From Alphaproteobacteria bacterium MarineAlpha5_Bin7 (GTDB taxonomy: Bacteria; Pseudomonadota; Alphaproteobacteria; HIMB59; GCA-002718135), in assembly GCA_002938195.1 (NCBI GenBank), contig PTKX01000004.1:5794-69793 (forward strand): 64,000 nucleotides of DNA, read 5' to 3'. Every line of letters starts with the position of its first letter. The first letter of the stretch is position 1. Both the position numbers and the translations under genes were made by a program. Below, one piece after another: positions 49,311 to 58,159 of this stretch. The notes under the pieces were generated by a model. It was not told the origin of the DNA. It did not search any database and saw only the letters and a program-made list of their open reading frames with translations.

Positions 49311-49838
49311 ATGCTCTTACATTATTTCAAAAAAAAAGAAAATAAAGATAAGTTAGTTTCTGCAAAATTGTATAAATCTATAGTAAAATCTACTCAAATA
49401 ATTTCAAATAAATCTGAATATACTATTAAAAGTGAATTTAATTCATATTTTGAGTTAATGGTTATATTGCTATTTATAATTTTTTTTGTTTATAAAAAAA
49501 ATAAAAAAAATAAATTAGTTAATCAGGAATTAATGAATTTATTTATCATAGATATTGACCACACTTTGAGAGAAAAAGGAATTGGTGACATGAGTATTGG
49601 AAAATATGTTAAAGCATATGTAAAAAAAATATATTATAGAATTTCTAAACTTGATAGAATGATTTTAGAAGAGGATTATTTGAATTTCAACAAGTATATT
49701 AAAATGATAAATATCCAAAATAACCAAGATAATCAGAAAAATTTTTCAAAATATCTTTTTAATACTATAATTATTTCAGTAAAATTCGCTAAAAAAGAAG
49801 ATATTTCGAAATTCAATATCACAAAATTTATTAATTAA
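49311..49838 (+). CDS. ubiquinol-cytochrome c chaperone (Cbp3)-like domain protein
   Basis: 'LREKGIGDMSIGKYVKAYVKKIYYRI' resembles the Ubiq_cyt_C_chap family. It neighbours bamE as in other alphaproteobacteria. A TTG at 49305 is an alternative start. Confidence 0.5.
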   Translation: MLLHYFKKKENKDKLVSAKLYKSIVKSTQIISNKSEYTIKSEFNSYFELMVILLFIIFFVYKKNKKNKLVNQELMNLFIIDIDHTLREKGIGDMSIGKYVKAYVKKIYYRISKLDRMILEEDYLNFNKYIKMINIQNNQDNQKNFSKYLFNTIIISVKFAKKEDISKFNITKFIN

Positions 49839-49841
49839 ACC

Positions 49842-49869
49842 TTGCAATAAAGATATTTATCAATATGAG
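49842..49869 (+). promoter_or_regulatory. candidate sigma-70-type promoter TTGCAA-N16-TATGAG upstream of rpmF
   Basis: Each hexamer matches consensus at 4 of 6 positions. The -10 ends 11 nt before the rpmF ATG and no SD is visible. Confidence 0.25.
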
Positions 49870-49880
49870 ACAATTTCATT

Positions 49881-50081
49881 ATGGCTGTACCTAAAAGAAA
49901 AACTTCTAAGTCAAAAAGAAATATGAGAAGATCTCATAAGTCTATCAACCAAATTAATATTATTGAAGATAAAGATTCTGGAGAACCAAGACTTCCACAT
50001 AGAATAGATTTATCTACAGGCATGTATAAGGGAAGACAAATAATTAATAAAAAAGAATCAGAAGAATCTAAAGAAAATTAA
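49881..50081 (+). CDS. rpmF: 50S ribosomal protein L32
   Basis: '[19 protein letters not shown]'. Confidence 0.93.
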   Translation: MAVPKRKTSKSKRNMRRSHKSINQINIIEDKDSGEPRLPHRIDLSTGMYKGRQIINKKESEESKEN

Positions 50082-50093
50082 TTTTATAATTTG

Positions 50094-51107
50094 ATGGATC
50101 AAAAAAAAATAACGATTGCTATAGATGCAATGGGAGGAGATGATGCTCCTTATAAATGTTTAAAAGGTATAGAAATTTTTATTTCTAATAGAAAAAATAT
50201 TGAGATTATCATACTTGGAGATGAGAATATTATAAATGACACATTGGTTAAAAGTAAAATTAATCTAAATAATTATAAAATTATAAATTGTATTAATAAT
50301 ATTCAAAATGATGATACTGCGAATATTATTCTGAGGAATAGAAAAGATAGTAGTATAAATAAAGGATTAGAGATTGTTAAGAATATCAATAATTCTGGAT
50401 TTGTATCTTCTGGCAATACTGCCGCTATTATGATTTTATCAAGATTAAATTTAGGAATGATTGAAGGTATTCATAGACCTGCAATTTGCTCTTTAATACC
50501 TAATAAAAAAAATTATTCTCTTATGTTAGATTTAGGGGCCAATGTTTCTTCAGATCCTCAAAATTTATTTCAATTTGCACTTATGGGATATTGTTATCAT
50601 ACAATTTTTAAACCTGATCTAGAACCAAAAATAGGAATTATTAATATTGGTACTGAAAATAATAAAGGCAAAGAATTTCTTCAAAAGTCAGCAGACCTAA
50701 TAAAGGAAAGTTTTTTAAATAAATATTTTTATGGTTTTTTAGAGCCAGATAAGTTAACTTCTGGCGAATGTGATATTATGGTTTCAGATGGATATACGGG
50801 AAACATTATATTAAAAACAGCTGAAGGAATGTCAAAATATATTACTGGTAACTTAAAACATGTATTTGTTAAATCTTTTTTAAACAAAATAGCTTATTCT
50901 ATTTTAAAAAAAGATTTAAAAATATTTAGAGATAAAATTAATCCTGCAAATTATGATGGAGCTATTTTACTTGGAGTTAATGGAATATCTATAAAAAGTC
51001 ACGGCAGATCAACTCCTTATGCTTTTTCTTGCGCTATTGAAAGATGTTATGAATTTATCAAAAATGATATAAACTACAGAATCAAAAATGAAATTAATAA
51101 TAATTAA
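50094..51107 (+). CDS. plsX: phosphate acyltransferase
   Basis: 'IAIDAMGGDDAP' and 'DGYTGNIILKTAEG' motifs. It follows rpmF. Confidence 0.92.
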   Translation: MDQKKITIAIDAMGGDDAPYKCLKGIEIFISNRKNIEIIILGDENIINDTLVKSKINLNNYKIINCINNIQNDDTANIILRNRKDSSINKGLEIVKNINNSGFVSSGNTAAIMILSRLNLGMIEGIHRPAICSLIPNKKNYSLMLDLGANVSSDPQNLFQFALMGYCYHTIFKPDLEPKIGIINIGTENNKGKEFLQKSADLIKESFLNKYFYGFLEPDKLTSGECDIMVSDGYTGNIILKTAEGMSKYITGNLKHVFVKSFLNKIAYSILKKDLKIFRDKINPANYDGAILLGVNGISIKSHGRSTPYAFSCAIERCYEFIKNDINYRIKNEINNN

Positions 51108-51109
51108 GT

Positions 51110-51409
51110 ATGCAAAATAATATAACTAGAGATGATATTGCTGAATTTATTCATGATGAATTCGGACTTACAAAAAAAGACTGTAACTTATTAGTTAATG
51201 ATATTGTTGATGAGATAATTGATGGTCTTAATAAAAAAAAAATAGTTAAAATTCATAATTTTGGAACTTTTAAATTAAAAAGAAAAAACTCTCGTATTGG
51301 TAGAAATCCAAAAACGAAAGAAAATGTTATAATAGAGCCTAGAAATGTTATTACTTTTATTCCAAGTAGAAAACTTTTAAAAAAACTCAATGAACAACAA
51401 AGTATATAA
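51110..51409 (+). CDS. ihfA: integration host factor alpha subunit
   Basis: 'FGTFKLKRKNSRIGRNPKTKE' (HU/IHF arm). It sits after plsX, as in alphaproteobacteria. Confidence 0.85.
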   Translation: MQNNITRDDIAEFIHDEFGLTKKDCNLLVNDIVDEIIDGLNKKKIVKIHNFGTFKLKRKNSRIGRNPKTKENVIIEPRNVITFIPSRKLLKKLNEQQSI

Positions 51410-51734
51410 ATCAATTTCAGAAGTATCGAATATATTAAAAATAAATAAACATGTAATAAGATATTGGGATTCTAAATTTGAAGGAATTTCAACAAGATTA
51501 TCAAATAAAAAAAGGAGATTTTTCAGCAAAGAAAATATTGAGCGTTTGCAAAAATTAAAAAATGTTCTTTACCAAAATGGAAAACATAATTATTCACTAG
51601 ATTTGGCTAATAAAATTGTTACTAAACGAACAAATCAAAAAATCTATAATAAAGAAAATCCTGATAATAATAATTTAAAAATAAATAAATTGAGAGAAAT
51701 TTCATCTAATTTAAAAAAACTACTTAAATCTTGA
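51390..51734 (+). CDS. MerR-family transcriptional regulator
   Basis: N-terminal wHTH 'YKSISEVSNILKINKHVIRYWDSKF'. It overlaps ihfA by 20 nt. Confidence 0.7.
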   Translation: MNNKVYKSISEVSNILKINKHVIRYWDSKFEGISTRLSNKKRRFFSKENIERLQKLKNVLYQNGKHNYSLDLANKIVTKRTNQKIYNKENPDNNNLKINKLREISSNLKKLLKS

Positions 51735-51788
51735 ATTCGTTTTTAATATTTTTATTGACATAATTTATCAATTCTATATGTGCACCGC

Positions 51789-52250
51789 ATGAAAACTTTT
51801 TCCTTAAAAAGGGAACAAATTAAAAAAGATTGGATTCTTATTGATGCAAATAATGCAGTTTTAGGAAGATTGGCTGTAATTTCTGCAAATATATTAAGAG
51901 GAAAAAATAAGCCTCAATATACACCTAATCAGGATTGTGGTGATAATTTAATAATTATTAATTCTGATAAAGTTTATATGACAGGAAAAAAAGAAAATAA
52001 TAAAATTTATTATAGACACACAGGGTATCCAGGAGGAATAAAAGAAACAACTCCATCAAAAATGAAAGAAAAAAACAAATCAAGTGAAATTATTAAACAG
52101 GCAATTAAAAGAATGATACCAAAAGGACCTTTAGGAAGAAAACAATTATCAAATTGTAAGATATTTTCAGGATCAGAACATAATCATCAATCTCAAAATC
52201 CAAAATTAGTTGATATTTCAACTTTAAATAACAAAAATGTATTACGATAA
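51789..52250 (+). CDS. rplM: 50S ribosomal protein L13
   Basis: 'KKDWILIDANNAVLGRLA' motif. I prefer the ATG at 51789 over the GTG at 51780. Confidence 0.92.
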   Translation: MKTFSLKREQIKKDWILIDANNAVLGRLAVISANILRGKNKPQYTPNQDCGDNLIIINSDKVYMTGKKENNKIYYRHTGYPGGIKETTPSKMKEKNKSSEIIKQAIKRMIPKGPLGRKQLSNCKIFSGSEHNHQSQNPKLVDISTLNNKNVLR

Positions 52251-52682
52251 ATGATAGAAGAAACTCCAGTTACAGAAGAAAATAATCCTCAAATAGTTGA
52301 CAATTCATATGCTACCGGAAAAAGAAAAAATTCTATTGCAAGAGTCTGGTTAAAAAAAGGAAGCGGTCAAATTTCAGTTAATGGAAAAAAAATCAGTGAT
52401 TATTTTTCTAGACCAGTTTTGCAAATGATAGTTAATCAACCACTTGAAGTTGTAAAATCAGTTGATGATTATGATATTAAAGCAACTGTAAAAGGCGGTG
52501 GATTATCTGGACAAGCAGGTGCGCTACGACATGGAATAAGTAAAGCTTTAAGTATTTATAATAATGAATTAAGACCTGCATTAAAGAAAGTAGGTTTTTT
52601 AACTAGAGATTCTAGAGTAGTTGAAAGAAAAAAATCTGGATTAGCAAAAGCTAGACGCAGCTATCAATTTTCAAAAAGATAA
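52251..52682 (+). CDS. rpsI: 30S ribosomal protein S9
   Basis: '[13 protein letters not shown]' and C-terminal 'RRSYQFSKR'. Confidence 0.93.
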   Translation: MIEETPVTEENNPQIVDNSYATGKRKNSIARVWLKKGSGQISVNGKKISDYFSRPVLQMIVNQPLEVVKSVDDYDIKATVKGGGLSGQAGALRHGISKALSIYNNELRPALKKVGFLTRDSRVVERKKSGLAKARRSYQFSKR

Positions 52683-52686
52683 TTTT

Positions 52687-53736
52687 ATGAAAAAGAATAT
52701 TTCAGTAGCCGTTTTAGGCTCCACTGGATATGTGGGCTTAGAATTAATAAATATTATGTCCCATCATCCTAATGTGGATATTAAATTTTTAGGAAGTGAC
52801 ACTAATTTTAATAAAAATGTTAAAGTTTTTGATAGAAGAATTAGTAATTATAAGCTTCCTTATTTAGATAAATTCAATAACTTAGATTTTAACTCAATTG
52901 ATATAGTTTTTTTAGCATTACCACATAAAGTTTCTCAAGCATTTATTAATGAAAATAAGTCTGCTTTAAGCAATTTAAAGATTGTTGATTTATCTGCTGA
53001 TTTTAGATTAGATAATGCAGATATTTACAAAAAAAATTATAATGTTGAACATGCTTGTCCTGATTTATTAACTAAATTTGTTTATGGTTTAAGTGAAATT
53101 AATCATGATAAAATTAAGAAATCTAATTATATTTCTATACCAGGTTGCTATCCTACTTCAATCTTATTACCATTAATTCCATTATTCAAATCAAACTTAG
53201 TTGAAACTAATAATATAATTATTGACTCAAAATCTGGATTTAGTGGAGCAGGAAAAAAATTTGATAAATCTATTTTATTAAATAATGAAAATTATAATTT
53301 TTATAATTATAACACTAATGATCATCGTCATATTTGTGAAATTCATCAAGAATTATCTAAATTTAATGATAATGAGATAAATTTTTCATTTAATCCTCAC
53401 ATTTTACCTATTTTTCGTGGAATGATGTCTACTATTTATTGTGATTTAAAAACGAATATATCGTCAAAAACTATCCTTGATAATTTAAAAAAATATTATC
53501 AAAATTCATTTTTTGTTAATATTTTAGACAATGACAAAGCCGATTTTAACATAGTTCAAAACACTAATAATTGTTATATAAGACTCTTCAAACACTTGGA
53601 TTCTTCAAAGATAATAATAGTAAGTTTGATAGATAATTTAATAAAAGGGGCTAGTGGTCAAGCTGTACAATGTATGAATATAATGTATGATTTACCTGAG
53701 AATACTGGTTTGAAAAAAATTAATAATAGTGATTAA
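52687..53736 (+). CDS. argC: N-acetyl-gamma-glutamyl-phosphate reductase
   Basis: 'LGSTGYVG' and catalytic 'PGCYPTS'. Confidence 0.9.
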   Translation: MKKNISVAVLGSTGYVGLELINIMSHHPNVDIKFLGSDTNFNKNVKVFDRRISNYKLPYLDKFNNLDFNSIDIVFLALPHKVSQAFINENKSALSNLKIVDLSADFRLDNADIYKKNYNVEHACPDLLTKFVYGLSEINHDKIKKSNYISIPGCYPTSILLPLIPLFKSNLVETNNIIIDSKSGFSGAGKKFDKSILLNNENYNFYNYNTNDHRHICEIHQELSKFNDNEINFSFNPHILPIFRGMMSTIYCDLKTNISSKTILDNLKKYYQNSFFVNILDNDKADFNIVQNTNNCYIRLFKHLDSSKIIIVSLIDNLIKGASGQAVQCMNIMYDLPENTGLKKINNSD

Positions 53737-53926
53737 TCTAGCTTATTTGATTATATTTATTTTATTAGTATCTTGCAGTTATCCTGATATAGATACAGTC
53801 CCAAAATTTGATAACATGCAAATATCAATACAAGATTCAATAGATGTATGTATATTAGGCAAAGATGTAAATGAAGATTTTTCTGATTGTTTTATAGAAT
53901 TGCTAGAAATTATAAATAGATTATGA
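53729..53926 (+). CDS. hypothetical small lipoprotein (65 aa)
   Basis: GTG start and a signal peptide with lipobox 'LLVSC'. It overlaps argC by 8 nt and hom by 4 nt. Confidence 0.45.
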   Translation: MINLAYLIIFILLVSCSYPDIDTVPKFDNMQISIQDSIDVCILGKDVNEDFSDCFIELLEIINRL

Positions 53927-55227
53927 TTGAAAAAAAAACATTAAACATATGTATAGCGGGATTGGGCACTGTTGGTTCTAGTGTAATTCAAACTATCATG
54001 AATAATCAAGGAGTCATTAACAAAAAATCCGATATTTATTTTAATATTTTAGGAATATCAGCAAATAATAAAAATAAAAAAAGAAGTTTCAATACAGATT
54101 CTTTTACATGGTATGAGAATCCATTGGACTTAGCAGAATTAAAAGATTGCAATGTTATAGTAGAGTTAATTGGTGAAGAAAAAGGGATTAGTTTCGAATT
54201 AGTTAAAAAAGCACTAGAAAATAAAATTAATGTTGTGACAGCAAATAAGGCATTACTTTCACGACATGGAAATGAATTATTTGAAATAGCAGAAAAAAAT
54301 TCAGTTTTACTATTATTTGAAGCAGCAGTAGCAGGAGGCATTCCAATTATTAAAATCTTAAAAGAGTCAGTATATTTACACAATATAATTAAAATATCTG
54401 GCATATTAAATGGAACTACAAATTTTATCTTAACTGAGATGGAAAATAAAAATGCAAGTTTTGATCAAATTTTAAAAGAAGCGCAAAAAAATGGTTATGC
54501 AGAGGCTAATCCAACTAATGATATTGAAGGAATAGATGCAGCACATAAACTTTCCTTAATTTCTTCATTATCATTTGGGTCTACAATAGATTTTGAAAGT
54601 ATTAATTATTTGGGAATATCTAATATACATATAGATGATATTAAAAATGCTGATAAATTGGGATATAAAATAAAACTTATTTCAGAAACTGAAGTTATTA
54701 ATAATAAATTAAAAAGTGTAGTTGAGCCAAAGTTAATTAAAAAGAAGTCCTACTTAGCCAATATAAATGGAGTACTAAATGCTATTAAAATTAAAACTGA
54801 TCAATTGAACCCCCTAATTTTGGTTGGTGAAGGAGCAGGAGGCAAGGCTACAGCGAGTTCAATTATTTCTGATTTATATGATATAATTAAAAATACTAAT
54901 CATAAATCTTTGGGATTTACAGTAAAAAAATTACAAAAATTTGATAATTTTGATATTCAAAATAATATTTCTTCTTATTATTTAAGAATCATGGTTAAAG
55001 ATATTCCTGGAGTTTTAGCTGAAATAACTAGCAATTTAAATAAACAAGGTATCTCCGTAGAAACTATTTTTCAAATACCAGAAAACAATATTGATAGCAT
55101 ACCTATCATAATTGTTACTCATGAAATTAGCAAAAATTTTTTATTAAATGCTGTTTCTAAAATTGAAGAGTTAGACTTTGTTTCAGAAAAAATTGCAATT
55201 ATTACAATAGATAAAAGTCTTGAATAA
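53923..55227 (+). CDS. hom: homoserine dehydrogenase
   Basis: 'IAGLGTVGSSV', 'VVTANKALL' and a C-terminal ACT domain. Confidence 0.9.
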   Translation: MIEKKTLNICIAGLGTVGSSVIQTIMNNQGVINKKSDIYFNILGISANNKNKKRSFNTDSFTWYENPLDLAELKDCNVIVELIGEEKGISFELVKKALENKINVVTANKALLSRHGNELFEIAEKNSVLLLFEAAVAGGIPIIKILKESVYLHNIIKISGILNGTTNFILTEMENKNASFDQILKEAQKNGYAEANPTNDIEGIDAAHKLSLISSLSFGSTIDFESINYLGISNIHIDDIKNADKLGYKIKLISETEVINNKLKSVVEPKLIKKKSYLANINGVLNAIKIKTDQLNPLILVGEGAGGKATASSIISDLYDIIKNTNHKSLGFTVKKLQKFDNFDIQNNISSYYLRIMVKDIPGVLAEITSNLNKQGISVETIFQIPENNIDSIPIIIVTHEISKNFLLNAVSKIEELDFVSEKIAIITIDKSLE

Positions 55228-56968
55228 TTTTTATACTAATAAATCATTATTAGGTAATCAATGGGAAATTAAGGATTGTGATGAACGAAAATCTCTAATG
55301 ATTTCTCAAAGACATAATATATCTTTGATAATTAGCAAAATAATATTTTTAAGAAATATAAAAGAAGATGAAGTTGAAAATTTTTTAAATCCCAACTTTA
55401 ACTCCAATTTACCAAATCCTTTTATCTTAAAAGATATGGAAAAATCTATAAACAAATTAGTTGAGAATATTACCAATAAAAGTAAAATAGGCATTATATC
55501 AGATTATGATGTAGATGGGTCAACTTCTGCTGCAATTTTATTTAATTTTTTAAAATCAATTAATTGTGAAGTAACAGTTAAGATACCTAATAGAATAAAT
55601 GAAGGTTATGGACCAAATAAAAGAATAATTGCAGAATTTAATAAAGAAAAAATTAATATTTTAATAACCTTGGATTGCGGAACTACTGCTTTTAAAATTT
55701 TTGAAGAAGGTGATTTTGATACTATTATTTTAGATCATCATATTAGTGAAAAAAAATTTCCTAAAGTTTTTTCTATTATTAATCCAAATCGTTATGATGA
55801 AAAGAATAATCTTAATCACTTAGCTACTGCTGGTATAGCTTTTCTATTTATTATGGCTTTAAGAAAAAAGTTAAGACAAAACAATTATTTTAATGATAAA
55901 ATTAAAGAACCTAATTTAATCAATTATCTTGATTTGGTTGCATTAGGAACAGTATGTGATGTAGTAAATTTAAATAATTATAATAGAAATTTTGTTATTA
56001 AAGGTCTTGAGATATTAAAAAAACGATTACATAAAGGTATTAAAAAGATAATTGATAATTCTAAAATTAATAACAGTCCTTCAACAAGAGATTTAGGTTT
56101 TCTTATAGGACCTCAATTAAATGCTGCAAGTAGAATTGATGATCCCTTTTTATCAGTTAAGATTTTGACAAGTAATGATGATATAGAAATAGAAAATATT
56201 GCTAATAAATTAATGTTACTTAATGAAAAAAGAAAATTAATAGAAAATTCAATACTTGAAGAAGCTCTTAAGCAAATAAATGCTCAAAAAAATAATAAAT
56301 TTATAATAATTAAAGGACAAAATTGGCATCAAGGAGTTTTAGGTATTATAGCTAGTAAATTAGTAGATAAGTTTAATAAACCTACATTTATTATATCTTT
56401 TAATACTAATACTGGAGTAGGTTCTGCTAGATCCATAGAAAACATTGATATTGGAAATATTATTTTAAATGCCAAAAGAAATAAAATATTAATAAGTGGG
56501 GGCGGACATAAAATGGCTGCTGGTTTTAAAATTGATATAAATAAAATTAATGATTTTGCTAATTATTTAATTACATCATTAAAAATATATGAAGAATCTT
56601 ATTTCCAAAAAATTGATTATTATGATTTAAAAATTTCTGTTGATGAAGTAAATATAAATTTACTTAACGAAATATCAAAATTAGAACCTTTTGGAAATGG
56701 GAATGAAGAACCTAAATTTATTATCAAAGGTTTAAAAGTTGACAGTTATAGAATAATTAAAGAAAAACATTTGCTTATTTTTTTTAAAAATAACCATGGC
56801 GATTCCTTAAAAGGAATATGTTTTAACTGTATTGATACAAATTTAGCAGAGAATATAATTAACAATAAATCTGCTAATTTTGAATTTGGATGTACGATAA
56901 CTTCAGATAATTTTGGAAATAATTTAAAACCTCAGCTTATAATAAAGGATGGTTTGATAATTAATTGA
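55220..56968 (+). CDS. recJ: single-stranded-DNA-specific exonuclease RecJ
   Basis: DHH motifs 'DYDVDGSTS', 'LDCG', 'LDHH', and DHHA1 'GGGHKMAAG'. Confidence 0.92.
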   Translation: MNNFYTNKSLLGNQWEIKDCDERKSLMISQRHNISLIISKIIFLRNIKEDEVENFLNPNFNSNLPNPFILKDMEKSINKLVENITNKSKIGIISDYDVDGSTSAAILFNFLKSINCEVTVKIPNRINEGYGPNKRIIAEFNKEKINILITLDCGTTAFKIFEEGDFDTIILDHHISEKKFPKVFSIINPNRYDEKNNLNHLATAGIAFLFIMALRKKLRQNNYFNDKIKEPNLINYLDLVALGTVCDVVNLNNYNRNFVIKGLEILKKRLHKGIKKIIDNSKINNSPSTRDLGFLIGPQLNAASRIDDPFLSVKILTSNDDIEIENIANKLMLLNEKRKLIENSILEEALKQINAQKNNKFIIIKGQNWHQGVLGIIASKLVDKFNKPTFIISFNTNTGVGSARSIENIDIGNIILNAKRNKILISGGGHKMAAGFKIDINKINDFANYLITSLKIYEESYFQKIDYYDLKISVDEVNINLLNEISKLEPFGNGNEEPKFIIKGLKVDSYRIIKEKHLLIFFKNNHGDSLKGICFNCIDTNLAENIINNKSANFEFGCTITSDNFGNNLKPQLIIKDGLIIN

Positions 56969-57012
56969 TTTGAATTATTTAAATTTATAAACTATAAAAA
57001 CGTTCAACTTAA

Positions 57013-57087
57013 GACCCCTTCGTCTATCGGTTAGGACATCAGGTTTTCATCCTGAAAAGAGGAGTTCGATTCTCCTAGGGGTCGCCA
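57013..57087 (+). tRNA. tRNA-Glu (anticodon UUC)
   Basis: Acceptor GACCCCT/AGGGGTC, anticodon arm TCAGG-TTTTCAT-CCTGA, T-arm GGAGTTCGATTCTCC, and encoded CCA. Confidence 0.92.
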
Positions 57088-57132
57088 CTATTTTCCCATT
57101 AAATTATTTACAAATATTTTATATAATAATAA

Positions 57133-58116
57133 TTAGCACTTAAAAATCATCGACCCGGTAGTTTTTCTTGAATGTAAATCTTCATGTGCTTTAGCAGCAT
57201 CTTCTAAATTATATTTTTTTTTGATATTGTGAATTATTTCTTTATTTTTAATTTTCTTAAATAACGTTGAAGATGAATATTCTAATTCTTCTCTAGTATT
57301 ATTGTAATGCATTAATGTAGGTCTAGTGTAAAATAAACTTTTTGGATTAAATGTTTTGTGTAAATTTATATCTTGAATCATTCCTGAAGATTGTCCAAAA
57401 GAAACTAATAATCCTCTTAAGGATAAGCATTCTAATGATATATCAAAAGTTTCTTTTCCAACACCATCGTACACAACTTTAACACCTTTCCCATTTGTAA
57501 TTTCATTTATTCTTTCTACCACATTTTCATTTTTGTAATTTATTACATATGAGCAACCATTTTCTAGGGCAAGTTTTTCTTTTTCTTTTGTACTAACTGT
57601 TCCAATCATTTTACAACCAACAGATCTTGCCCATTGACATGCTATTAACCCTACACCACCCGCAGCTGCATGAAATAATATATACTCATCTTTTTTTATT
57701 TTATGCAATCTCTCAAATAAATATTCAACTGTCATTCCTTTTAATAAAACTGACGCTGCTTCGTCATTTGAAATATAATTAGGTATTTTAATTAATTTAT
57801 CTGCAGGAAAATCTCTTATTTCTGAGTATGCCCCTAAAGGTATATTTGCATAACATACTCTTTCACCAATTCTAAAATTATTTACCTTATTACCCAATGC
57901 AATTATTTCTCCAGCACCTTCAATACCTGGACATATTGGAAAATCAATATTTAGAGGATACAAACCACTTCTATGATATGTATCAATAAAGTTTAAACCA
58001 ATTGAAGTTTGTTGAATTCTAACATCATTATCATTTATATTATCTTTTATATCATAATTAATGAACTCTAAAACTTCTGGACCACCTAATTTTGAAAAAA
58101 CGATTTTATTTGGCAT
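57133..58116 (-). CDS. qor: NADPH:quinone oxidoreductase (zinc-independent MDR family)
   Basis: The 'HAAAGGVG' Rossmann motif and a zeta-crystallin-like pattern; 327 aa. Confidence 0.8.
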   Translation of the reverse strand: MPNKIVFSKLGGPEVLEFINYDIKDNINDNDVRIQQTSIGLNFIDTYHRSGLYPLNIDFPICPGIEGAGEIIALGNKVNNFRIGERVCYANIPLGAYSEIRDFPADKLIKIPNYISNDEAASVLLKGMTVEYLFERLHKIKKDEYILFHAAAGGVGLIACQWARSVGCKMIGTVSTKEKEKLALENGCSYVINYKNENVVERINEITNGKGVKVVYDGVGKETFDISLECLSLRGLLVSFGQSSGMIQDINLHKTFNPKSLFYTRPTLMHYNNTREELEYSSSTLFKKIKNKEIIHNIKKKYNLEDAAKAHEDLHSRKTTGSMIFKC

Positions 58117-58159
58117 AATAATAAATTATATTTTTTTATAAAATATGCAAATATAAAGA

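Noticed and set aside
51755-51780. A TTGACA hexamer upstream of rplM as a sigma-70 promoter.
   Set aside because: The only TATA-like hexamer (TATATG, 51775-51780) is just 14 nt downstream, which is too short a spacer. I could not define a convincing -10, so it is not reported as a feature.
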